A DNA stretch of 32,000 nucleotides from Erysipelotrichaceae bacterium MTC7 (GTDB lineage: Bacteria > Bacillota_I > Bacilli_A > Erysipelotrichales > Erysipelotrichaceae), in contig LVZN01000002.1 in NCBI GenBank assembly GCA_001695645.1, positions 52,417 to 84,416 of the forward strand, in the 5' to 3' direction. Under the pieces are notes generated by a model. That model was not told the DNA's origin. It saw nothing but the letters and a program-made list of their open reading frames with translations, and did not search any database. Positions 24,202-31,980 of this stretch are shown here, one piece after another (within the stretch, counting starts at the first letter, position 1; the number at the start of each line of letters is the position of its first letter). A program made the translations under genes and the position numbers.

Positions 24202-25766
24202 TCACAATACCCGCCACCATCAGCAAGTTCACAGCCTCTCCCCTCGGCAGCAGGAAAAAGCGGAAGGTTGCCGCCTATGCCCGCGTTTCAACGGACAGGG
24301 ACGAACAGCTGACGAGCTACGAGGCACAGGTGGACTACTACACGAATTACATCAAAGGGCGCGAGGATTGGGAGTTTGTCGCCGTGTATGCTGACGAAGG
24401 CATAACCGGCTGCAATACGACGCATAGAGACGGTTTCAATTCTATGGTCGAGGATGCCCTGGCGGGAAGAATCGACCTCATCGTGACAAAAAGCGTGAGC
24501 CGCTTCGCAAGGAACACGGTAGACAGCCTTACGACCATCCGAAAGCTGAAGGAGAACGGCACGGAGTGCTATTTCGAGAAGGAGAACATCTGGACATTTG
24601 ACGGCAAGGGCGAATTGCTCCTGACCATCATGTCAAGCCTTGCACAGGAAGAGAGCCGCTCCATTTCGGAGAACTGCACCTGGGGACAGAGAAAGCGTTT
24701 CCAGGACGGCAAGGTCACGGTGCCGTTCAAGCGTTTCCTCGGATACGACCGGGGCGAGGACGGCAACCTGGTGGTAAACGAGGAGCAGGCGGTCATCGTC
24801 CGCAGAATCTACGGGCTTTTCCTGCAGGGAAAAACACCGTATGCGATTGCGCGGCAGCTCACCGAGGAGGGCATCCCGACGCCGGGCGGTAAAAAGAACT
24901 GGGGCAAGAAAACGGTCGAGAGCATACTTACCAACGAAAAGTACAAAGGCGACGCCCTGCTCCAGAAGGTCTACACTACGGACTTCCTGACAAAGAAAAA
25001 GAAGAAGAACGAGGGCGAGGTGCCGCAATACTATGTGGAAGGAAACCATGAAGCGATTATCCCTCCCGCACAGTTTGACAGGGTGCAGAAGGAGATGCAG
25101 AGACGGTTCGGTGATACGGACCGGCACGGCTGCGTGAGCATTTTCTCCAGCAAAATCCGATGCGGTGACTGCGGCGGCTTTTACGGCTCGAAGGTGTGGC
25201 ACTCCAATGACAAGTACAGAAAAGTCATATGGCGGTGCAATCACAAGTACGATGACGGAAAGAACTGCTCCACGCCTCATTTGGACGAGGACACCATCAA
25301 GGCATTGTACCTCAAAGCCCTGCGGATTCTCGGAGAGGAGCGGGACGAGATCATCGCCACCTTTGAAGCCATCAAGGACAAGATGTACGATACCACGGAG
25401 CTGGAGACAGAACAGGCAGCCTTGCAACAGGAGGTCATGGTGGTAACGGAACTGGTCGAGCAGTGCATCAGCGAGAACGCCCATGTTGCACAGAATCAGA
25501 AGGATTACCAAAAGAAGTATGATGCTCTCTCCGAACGCTATGACAGGACAAAGGAACGGCTGGATAAGGTCAGCGGCAGGATCATGGAGCGTCAGGCAAA
25601 GCGGGAAATGATCGAGGCGTTCCTTCATGACCTGGCAGAGATGGATGAGGATGTACAGGAATTCACGGATGACCTTTGGTTCAACCTTCTCGACCATGTG
25701 ACGGTTTTCTCGAAGAAGGATGTGCGCTTCACCTTCAAGAACGGGACGGAGATCAGTGTGAAATAA
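24186..25766 (+). CDS. large serine recombinase 2 (526 aa)
   Basis: GTG start lies 8 nt after GGAGGG and overlaps recombinase 1 by 16 nt. The catalytic region reads VAAYARVSTDRDEQ ... YADEGITG ... SVSRFARNT. It has a single Zn ribbon (CGDCGG...WRCNHKY...C), a long coiled-coil segment, and a DUF4368-like C-terminus. Confidence 0.9.
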   Translation: MAKNVITIPATISKFTASPLGSRKKRKVAAYARVSTDRDEQLTSYEAQVDYYTNYIKGREDWEFVAVYADEGITGCNTTHRDGFNSMVEDALAGRIDLIVTKSVSRFARNTVDSLTTIRKLKENGTECYFEKENIWTFDGKGELLLTIMSSLAQEESRSISENCTWGQRKRFQDGKVTVPFKRFLGYDRGEDGNLVVNEEQAVIVRRIYGLFLQGKTPYAIARQLTEEGIPTPGGKKNWGKKTVESILTNEKYKGDALLQKVYTTDFLTKKKKKNEGEVPQYYVEGNHEAIIPPAQFDRVQKEMQRRFGDTDRHGCVSIFSSKIRCGDCGGFYGSKVWHSNDKYRKVIWRCNHKYDDGKNCSTPHLDEDTIKALYLKALRILGEERDEIIATFEAIKDKMYDTTELETEQAALQQEVMVVTELVEQCISENAHVAQNQKDYQKKYDALSERYDRTKERLDKVSGRIMERQAKREMIEAFLHDLAEMDEDVQEFTDDLWFNLLDHVTVFSKKDVRFTFKNGTEISVK

Positions 25767-25781
25767 CGGCAGCAGAACACG

Positions 25782-25820
25782 GCCGGACACCTTGCGGATT
25801 GCGGGATGTCCGGCTTTCTC
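25782..25820 (+). terminator. terminator-like hairpin after recombinase 2
   Basis: Stem GCCGGACA / TGTCCGGC (8 bp), a 17-nt loop, then TTTCTC. The weak T-tract limits confidence to moderate. Confidence 0.45.
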
Positions 25821-25822
25821 TA

Positions 25823-25954
25823 TGCAAAATTAAAATGTACGGCAACAGCAGAGCAAGGCAAAATTATAAAGTATGGCAAAATCAAAAAGTGTAGGGCAAA
25901 GTTAAAAGGTTCAAGGCAAAATCAAAAGGTATAGGGGCAAAATGTAATTGTATC
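25823..25954 (+). repeat. iteron-like array of ~18-21 bp direct repeats
   Basis: Five clear units are visible: GGCAAAATTATAAAGTAT (25857), GGCAAAATCAAAAAGTGTAG (25875), GGCAAAGTTAAAAGGTTCAA (25895), GGCAAAATCAAAAGGTATAG (25915) and GGGCAAAATGTAATTGTATC (25935). Weaker units lie at 25823 and 25841. Confidence 0.8.
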
Positions 25955-25957
25955 GCT

Positions 25958-27325
25958 TTGGGATACTACTTAGATGATGGTATCTCCGGTACAAACACTA
26001 AAAAGCGTGACGAATTTAATCGTATGATTGCAGAGTGTATGGATGGTAACATCGACATGGTTATTACTAAATCCATCAGCCGATTTGCACGTAACACCCT
26101 AGACTGCCTTCAATATATTAGACAGCTCAAAGATAAGAACATATCCGTCTACTTTGAAAAAGAGAATATCAACACCATGGATGCCAAAGGTGAGGTTTTG
26201 CTGACTATTATGGCATCTTTGGCACAACAGGAAAGCCAGAGCCTTTCACAAAACGTTAAGCTTGGGCTACAGTACCGATACCAACAAGGAAAGGTGCAGG
26301 TCAACCATAAGCGGTTTATGGGCTACACGAAAGATGAAGATGGAAATTTAATTATTGTCTCCGAAGAAGCTGAGATTATCAAACGCATCTACCGAGAATA
26401 CCTTGAAGGTCAGAGTCTAGTAGGCATTGGTCGAGGCCTTGAAAAGGATGGTATTTTAACAGCAGCAGGAAAACCAAGATGGCGACCGGAATCGGTTAAG
26501 AAGATCCTCCAAAATGAAAAATACATCGGAGATGCCCTTCTGCAAAAGACTGTCACAGTAGATTTTCTAACCAAGAAACGAGTTAAGAATGAAGGTCATC
26601 TTCCCCAGTATTATGTTGAAAATAGCCATGAGGCGATTATTCCTAAAGAGTTATTTTTGCAGGTGCAGGAAGAGATTCATCGAAGAAGCAATATCTACAC
26701 AGGAGAAGGCAAGAACAAACGAATTTATAGTAGCAAGTATGCTTTAAGTGCCATCACCTTCTGTGGAGATTGTGGCGATATTTATAGGAGAACCTATTGG
26801 AATATTCATGGTAGAAAAGAATTTGTCTGGCGATGCGTGACTAGAATCGAGCAAGGTCCTGAAGTTTGTAAGAACCGAACCGTAAAAGAAGATAAACTCT
26901 ATGGTGCTGTAATGACCGCAATTAATAAGCTACTTGCAGGTGGCAACAACATGATAAAGACCCTGGAAGAGAACATTCATGCTGTGATTGGTGAAACGAC
27001 AGAATACCAAATTTCAGAGATTAACAACTTACTGGAGGAAAAGCAAAAAGAACTTATCAAGCTGGCGAACAAGGGTCAAGACTATGAACACCTAGCAGAT
27101 GAGATTGATGAGCTGAGAGACAAGCGACAGATCCTTTTAGTAGAAGATGCCTCCCTCAGTGGCGAGAACGAGCGAATCAATGAGCTGATTGAATTTATCC
27201 GCAAGAACAAATTCCGCACCTTAGAATATGATGATAAGCTTGTAAGGAAGATAATCCAGAGCGTTACAGTCTATGAAGACCACTTCGTCATAGCCTTCAA
27301 ATCTGGCATCGAAATGGAAATATGA
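25958..27325 (+). pseudogene. 5'-truncated large serine recombinase (AT-rich; lacks the catalytic-Ser segment)
   Basis: The ORF begins inside the catalytic domain at [19 protein letters not shown], equivalent to residues ~66 onward of recombinase 2. No YARVS-type nucleophile motif is present, and the only start is an artefactual TTG. The rest is intact ([23 protein letters not shown], Zn ribbon CGDCG...WRC, coiled coil, DUF4368-like end). Confidence 0.8.
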
Positions 27326-27342
27326 AAACCAGAAGTAAATAG

Positions 27343-27378
27343 CCCATGACTCTACAGTAGAGTTGTGGGTTTTCTTTT
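27343..27378 (+). terminator. rho-independent terminator
   Basis: Stem CCCATGACTCTA / TAGAGTTGTGGG (12 bp with two G-U pairs), loop CAG, then TTTTCTTTT. Confidence 0.6.
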
Positions 27379-27409
27379 GCTTGTGATTATAATAATATTT
27401 TAATAACTA

Positions 27410-27438
27410 TTGTATTTATCAACCAAATGGTTTATAAT
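27410..27438 (+). promoter_or_regulatory. sigma-A type promoter for the XRE/resistance operon
   Basis: The -35 TTGTAT is at 27410-27415, followed by a 17-nt spacer and a perfect TATAAT at 27433-27438. This lies 28 nt upstream of the XRE start. Confidence 0.55.
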
Positions 27439-27466
27439 ATTCTTAGCGTAAACTTGGAGGTGCTGT

Positions 27467-27691
27467 ATGACTACGGCAGAAATGATTAAAGAACTGTGTG
27501 AGCAAATGAATATAAGTGTTTCCGAACTTGCTAGACGTATTGGCCAGACTCCACAGAATTTCAATAAAAAATTACAACGAGAAACAGTAACCTTGGATGA
27601 GTTGAAGGCCATTGCTGATGTGCTAGGTGTCAAGTTTGTGCAGGCATTTATTTTACCAGATGGAGAAGAAATAAAAATATCTAACGAATAA
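27467..27691 (+). CDS. XRE-family helix-turn-helix transcriptional regulator (74 aa)
   Basis: RBS GGAGGTG. The HTH segment ISVSELARRIGQTPQNFNKKLQRETVTLDELKAIADVLGV is typical of the XRE family. Confidence 0.8.
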   Translation: MTTAEMIKELCEQMNISVSELARRIGQTPQNFNKKLQRETVTLDELKAIADVLGVKFVQAFILPDGEEIKISNE

Positions 27692-27705
27692 AGGAGGATG
27701 TTTAT

Positions 27706-28575
27706 ATGGTAGGTAATATTATTAAATCAGTAGCAGAGAAATTATCCTCTCTGTCTTATATAGAAGGTATTGTTTTAGGTGGTTCACGTGCAAGGGGCAC
27801 CCATACAGAGGATTCGGATATAGATATCGGCATCTATTACAATTCAGAATCATTTGACATAAATACTATTAATCAATTCGCTACAAAGCTGGATGATGAG
27901 CATAGAAATAACCTTGTTGTACCTCCCGGAGCATGGGGTGATTGGATTAATGGCGGCGGATGGTTAGTCATAAACGGGTATCATGTGGATTTAATTTTAC
28001 GTGATATTAAACGTGTGGAACAAATAATGAAAGATACAGAGCACGGAATTGTTACTGCCAATTATCAGACTGGGCATCCCCATGGTTATATTAGTGCAAT
28101 GTATCGAGGAGAATTAGCGATTAGCAAAATACTATATGCTAAGAATGAAAGCTTATGCGAATTAAAAAAACAGGCAGAAACTTATCCCAATGCTTTGCAG
28201 AAAAGTTTAGTTAACTTTTTTATGTTTGAAGCAGGGTTCTCTTTAATGTTTGTAAAAGCAAATTCGGGAACAGACGATAAATATTATATTGCGGGTCATG
28301 TTTTTCGTATAGTTTCATGTTTAAATCAAGTGTTATTTGCATGTAATAATGCTTATTGTATCAACGAAAAGAAAGCTATAAAACTGCTTGAAACTTTTGA
28401 ACATAAACCTGAAAAATATACCGAGAAGGTAAATCATATTTTTGAAGTACTCGGTATCTCACTTTTTGAATGCTACGACATGACCGAGAAGCTTTATAAT
28501 GAAGTGAATGAAATTGTATCGGAGATAAATAACTTTTTAAACGAGGAGAGTTCAGATGAAAGAAAACAAATATGA
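27706..28575 (+). CDS. nucleotidyltransferase-domain protein (NTase N-terminus with helical C-terminal domain), substrate unknown
   Basis: RBS AAGGAGG. The pol-beta-type NTase motif is GGSRARGTHTEDSDIDIGIY. By recollection it is the orf found upstream of the methyltransferase and aadE in Tn5405/pRE25-type clusters. Confidence 0.8.
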   Translation: MVGNIIKSVAEKLSSLSYIEGIVLGGSRARGTHTEDSDIDIGIYYNSESFDINTINQFATKLDDEHRNNLVVPPGAWGDWINGGGWLVINGYHVDLILRDIKRVEQIMKDTEHGIVTANYQTGHPHGYISAMYRGELAISKILYAKNESLCELKKQAETYPNALQKSLVNFFMFEAGFSLMFVKANSGTDDKYYIAGHVFRIVSCLNQVLFACNNAYCINEKKAIKLLETFEHKPEKYTEKVNHIFEVLGISLFECYDMTEKLYNEVNEIVSEINNFLNEESSDERKQI

Positions 28576-29290
28576 TGATAATATATTTTTTCAAAAATAC
28601 AGTCAAATGAGTCGCTCGCAGAAAGGACTGGCTGGTGCGGGAGAATGGGAGACTTTGAAAAAGATGCTACCTGATTTTAAGGGTAAGCGTGTGCTTGATT
28701 TAGGATGCGGCTATGGATGGCACTGTATATATGCGATGGAAAACGGTGCTTCCTCTGTAGTAGGTGTTGATATTTCTCATAAAATGCTCGAAGTAGCAAA
28801 AGGAAAAACCCATTTTCCACAGATTGAATATGAATGCTGTGCCATAGAAGATGTGGATTTCCCAGAGGAGAGCTTTGATGTAATACTAAGTTCGCTTGCG
28901 TTTCATTATGTAGCAGACTATGAGAATTTAATAAAAAAGATATATAGGATGCTGAAGGCTGGTGGCAATTTAGTTTTTACAGTTGAACATCCTGTTTTTA
29001 CTGCTCATGGAACACAAGACTGGTATTATAACGAAAAAGGAGAAATACTGCATTTCCCGGTGGACAATTATTATTATGAGGGCAAACGGACAGCTATGTT
29101 TTTGGAAGAAAAGGTTACAAAATATCATAGAACACTGACCACATATCTAAATACACTGCTTTCAAATAGTTTTATAATAAATCAGATTGTGGAGCCACAG
29201 CCGCCAGAGAACATGATGGATATTCCGGGGATGGCGGATGAAATGCGACGCCCAATGATGCTGATTGTATCGGCAAAAAAGAAGATGTAA
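28556..29290 (+). CDS. class I SAM-dependent methyltransferase
   Basis: SAM-binding motif I is VLDLGCGYGW, with downstream FDVILSSLAFHYV and LKAGGNLVFTVEHP. It overlaps the upstream gene by 20 nt. Confidence 0.85.
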   Translation: MKENKYDDNIFFQKYSQMSRSQKGLAGAGEWETLKKMLPDFKGKRVLDLGCGYGWHCIYAMENGASSVVGVDISHKMLEVAKGKTHFPQIEYECCAIEDVDFPEESFDVILSSLAFHYVADYENLIKKIYRMLKAGGNLVFTVEHPVFTAHGTQDWYYNEKGEILHFPVDNYYYEGKRTAMFLEEKVTKYHRTLTTYLNTLLSNSFIINQIVEPQPPENMMDIPGMADEMRRPMMLIVSAKKKM

Positions 29291-29322
29291 TAATATAGAA
29301 AAAATAAACGAGGAGTATGTAA

Positions 29323-30186
29323 ATGAGATCAGAAAAAGAAATGATGGATTTAGTACTTTCTTTAGCAGAACAGGATGAACGTATTCGAATTGTGACCCTT
29401 GAGGGGTCACGCGCAAATATTAATATACCTAAAGATGAATTTCAGGATTATGATATTACATATTTTGTAAGTGATATAGAACCGTTTATATCTAATGATG
29501 ACTGGCTTAATCAATTTGGGAATATAATAATGATGCAAAAGCCGGAGGATATGGAATTATTCCCACCTGAAGAAAAGGGATTTTCCTATCTTATGCTATT
29601 TGATGATTACAATAAAATTGATCTTACCTTATTGCCCTTGGAAGAGTTAGATAATTACCTAAAGGGCGATAAATTAATAAAGGTTCTAATTGATAAAGAT
29701 TGTAGAATTAAAAGGGACATAGTTCCGACTGATATAGATTATCATGTAAGAAAGCCAAGCGCAAGGGAGTATGATGATTGCTGCAATGAATTTTGGAATG
29801 TAACACCTTATGTTATTAAAGGATTGTGCCGCAAAGAGATACTGTTTGCAATCGATCATCTGAACCAGATTCTACGGTTTGAACTACTTAGGATGATGTC
29901 GTGGAAGGTTGGGATAAAGACAGAATTTTCATTAAGTGTTGGGAAAAATTATAAGTATATTAACAAATACATTGATGAAGATCTATGGAATAGATTATTA
30001 TCTACATATCGCATGGATTCCTATGAAAATATTTGGAAGTCATTATTTATATGCCACCAATTGTTCAGGGAAGTGTCCAAAGAGGTAGCAGAACTACTGG
30101 GGTTTGATTATCCAGAGTATGGTAAGAACATAACAAGATATACCGAGGACATGTATAAAAAATATGTTGAAAATGACTATTTTTAA
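29323..30186 (+). CDS. aadE: aminoglycoside 6-nucleotidyltransferase ANT(6)-I (streptomycin resistance)
   Basis: The N-terminal ~190 aa (MRSEKEMMDLVLSLAEQDERIRIVTLEGSRANINIPKDEFQDYDITYFVSD...) matches my recollection of AadE/ANT(6)-Ia almost verbatim. Synteny with the methyltransferase upstream and apt-spw downstream supports the call. Confidence 0.9.
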   Translation: MRSEKEMMDLVLSLAEQDERIRIVTLEGSRANINIPKDEFQDYDITYFVSDIEPFISNDDWLNQFGNIIMMQKPEDMELFPPEEKGFSYLMLFDDYNKIDLTLLPLEELDNYLKGDKLIKVLIDKDCRIKRDIVPTDIDYHVRKPSAREYDDCCNEFWNVTPYVIKGLCRKEILFAIDHLNQILRFELLRMMSWKVGIKTEFSLSVGKNYKYINKYIDEDLWNRLLSTYRMDSYENIWKSLFICHQLFREVSKEVAELLGFDYPEYGKNITRYTEDMYKKYVENDYF

Positions 30187-30229
30187 AGATTAGCAAAGAT
30201 TATTAACCATAAGCAAGGGGTGTAAATGT

Positions 30230-30757
30230 ATGGAAAGTACTGATGTTATAAATGAAATTAGAGGTATATTACCTCGTAACTCAATTGGAAAATATGATTT
30301 ACTAACTATTTTTACACATAAAACCGTTTTTGATAAAATTGTAAAAGTACTATCATTGGATTTTCAAAATAAAGTAGATTATGTGGCTGCCCCAGAAGCA
30401 ATTGGATGGATACTAGGCACTGCCATAGCCAAAGAACTTGGAGTGGGGTTTATTGGAGTAAGAAAAGGTGATAAGCTGCCATACGCAAAAGAAGAGATTA
30501 TTTCGACACATTTTACCGACTATTCAGGTCAAGATAAAAGCTTTGAAATATCTAAGAGTTCTATTGTGAGGAACAAAAGAGTTTTGATTGTAGATGATTG
30601 GATAGAGACAGGTTCTCAAATGAAGGCTTTAATAGCTTTGTTAGAGAAATTGGATTGCAGCATTATTGGGTTGGCTACTATTGGGATTGATATAAATGAG
30701 GTTACTCAAAAATGGATAGACAGCAGTTTTGTAGCTTATATTGGCTCAAACATATAA
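30230..30757 (+). CDS. apt: adenine phosphoribosyltransferase-like (type I PRTase) protein
   Basis: The PRPP-binding motif is VLIVDDWIETGSQ. The size is 175 aa. Its position between aadE and spw matches the published aadE-apt-spw cluster. Confidence 0.8.
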   Translation: MESTDVINEIRGILPRNSIGKYDLLTIFTHKTVFDKIVKVLSLDFQNKVDYVAAPEAIGWILGTAIAKELGVGFIGVRKGDKLPYAKEEIISTHFTDYSGQDKSFEISKSSIVRNKRVLIVDDWIETGSQMKALIALLEKLDCSIIGLATIGIDINEVTQKWIDSSFVAYIGSNI

Positions 30758-30888
30758 TAAACCGAAAGAAAATCTTGAATCAAAATTTTGGATGGCGTTA
30801 ATTTACAATACAACGAAAGATGTTTACTCTTTTTTTATAAATTTTAAGAGGCGTTAAAAAACAGTTTTCAGACGAAAGGAGATCGAAG

Positions 30889-31677
30889 TTGAGTATAGAT
30901 TTAAGTAACAAAAAAATTCCGAAAGAAGCAATTCAAGCATTAAAAACTATAGCGGAACTACTTGATAATATGTTAATTGGGGTGTATTTGTATGGTTCGG
31001 CAGTAATGGGTGGTTTACGTATGAATAGCGATGTAGATATTTTGGTAATAACAAATCAAAGTTTATCTGAAAAAACTCGAAGGAATCTTACAAATAGGTT
31101 AATGCTTATATCTGGGAAAATAGGAAACATAAAAGATATGAGGCCTCTTGAAGTTACGGTCATAAATCAAAAGGATATTGTCCCTTGGCATTTCCCCCCC
31201 AAATATGAATTTATGTATGGCGAGTGGCTAAGAGAGCAGTTTGAAAAGGGAGAAATTCCTGAGTCGACTTATGATCCGGATTTAGCAATACTTTTAGCAC
31301 AACTAAGAAAAAATAGTATTAACCTTTTGGGACCAAAGGCAACAGAAGTAATTGAGCCTGTGCCAATGACAGATATTCGAAAAGCAATTAAAGAATCGTT
31401 GCCCGGGTTGATAACTAGCATTAAAGGTGACGAACGCAATGTGATTTTAACTTTAGCCAGAATGTGGGTGACAGCATCTACTGGTGAAATCAGATCAAAA
31501 GATCTGGCAGCTGAATGGGCAATACCTCAATTACCTTATGAGCATGCCATTTTACTTGACAAAGCAAGAAAGGCTTATCTAGGAGGGTATATTGATAAGT
31601 GGAAAGGAATGGATTCTGAGGTGACTGAACTCGTTAATAATATGAAGAAGTCTATAGAGTCTTCCCTTAATCTCTAA
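30889..31677 (+). CDS. spw: spectinomycin 9-O-nucleotidyltransferase ANT(9)
   Basis: TTG start lies 8 nt after AGGAG. It shows clear collinear similarity to Tn554 Aad9/Spc as I recall it (GVYLYGSAV.GGLR..SDVDILV, RPLEVTVIN, YDPDLAILLAQ.RKNSI.L.GP, IKGDERNVILTLARMW). The spw assignment rests on synteny. Confidence 0.85.
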   Translation: MSIDLSNKKIPKEAIQALKTIAELLDNMLIGVYLYGSAVMGGLRMNSDVDILVITNQSLSEKTRRNLTNRLMLISGKIGNIKDMRPLEVTVINQKDIVPWHFPPKYEFMYGEWLREQFEKGEIPESTYDPDLAILLAQLRKNSINLLGPKATEVIEPVPMTDIRKAIKESLPGLITSIKGDERNVILTLARMWVTASTGEIRSKDLAAEWAIPQLPYEHAILLDKARKAYLGGYIDKWKGMDSEVTELVNNMKKSIESSLNL

Positions 31678-31689
31678 AAGGCTGGTGTT

Positions 31690-31887
31690 GAGAATTCCAT
31701 TGATAGGTTCTCTCATACCGAAATTTCTTAAAATGGTCAAAAACCGCTGGATATGTTCCCGTCTACCGATAGTTCCAAAAATGCTGCTGATATGTTTCCA
31801 CAGACGGGCAAAGTAATATGACATCAATGCCATCAACTCGAGCCATGTGGAAAGTGTTGTTGTCCTAAAAACAATCAAGTAAATCAT
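31690..31887 (-). other. unassigned minus-strand ORF fragment (possible gene remnant)
   Basis: This is the only open frame in the 31.68-31.89 kb gap, part of track ORF 31579..31887. It has no SD that I can see and no recognised family. Its 3' part overlaps spw and is certainly not coding. Confidence 0.15.
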
Positions 31888-31941
31888 TTAGATAAAGTAA
31901 AGGAAGGGGCTGTGACACTTAGTACAGCTTCAAATCATAAA

Positions 31942-31980
31942 AATAACGCCTAAACTCGTAAGAGAATAGGCGTTATTTTT
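31942..31980. terminator. strong hairpin terminator (potentially bidirectional), followed by an extended -10-like TGGTATAAT
   Basis: Perfect 11-bp stem AATAACGCCTA / TAGGCGTTATT with a 14-nt loop. The T-run on the + side and the A-run upstream give a T-run on the - side. TGGTATAAT lies at 31980-31988. Confidence 0.6.

Noticed and set aside
25676-25894. The + strand 72-aa ORF spanning the end of recombinase 2 and the repeat array.
   Set aside because: It crosses the composition boundary and a terminator-like hairpin. It is out of frame within recombinase 2 and has no SD.
25823-25954. The direct-repeat array, considered as a CRISPR array.
   Set aside because: The repeats are contiguous with a ~20 bp period and no unique spacers. 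They are degenerate, and no cas genes are nearby.
31579-31887. The minus-strand 102-aa ORF downstream of spw, considered as a transposase or gene remnant.
   Set aside because: One third of it overlaps the spw coding sequence. It has no SD and no motif I can assign. It is listed only as a very low-confidence feature.
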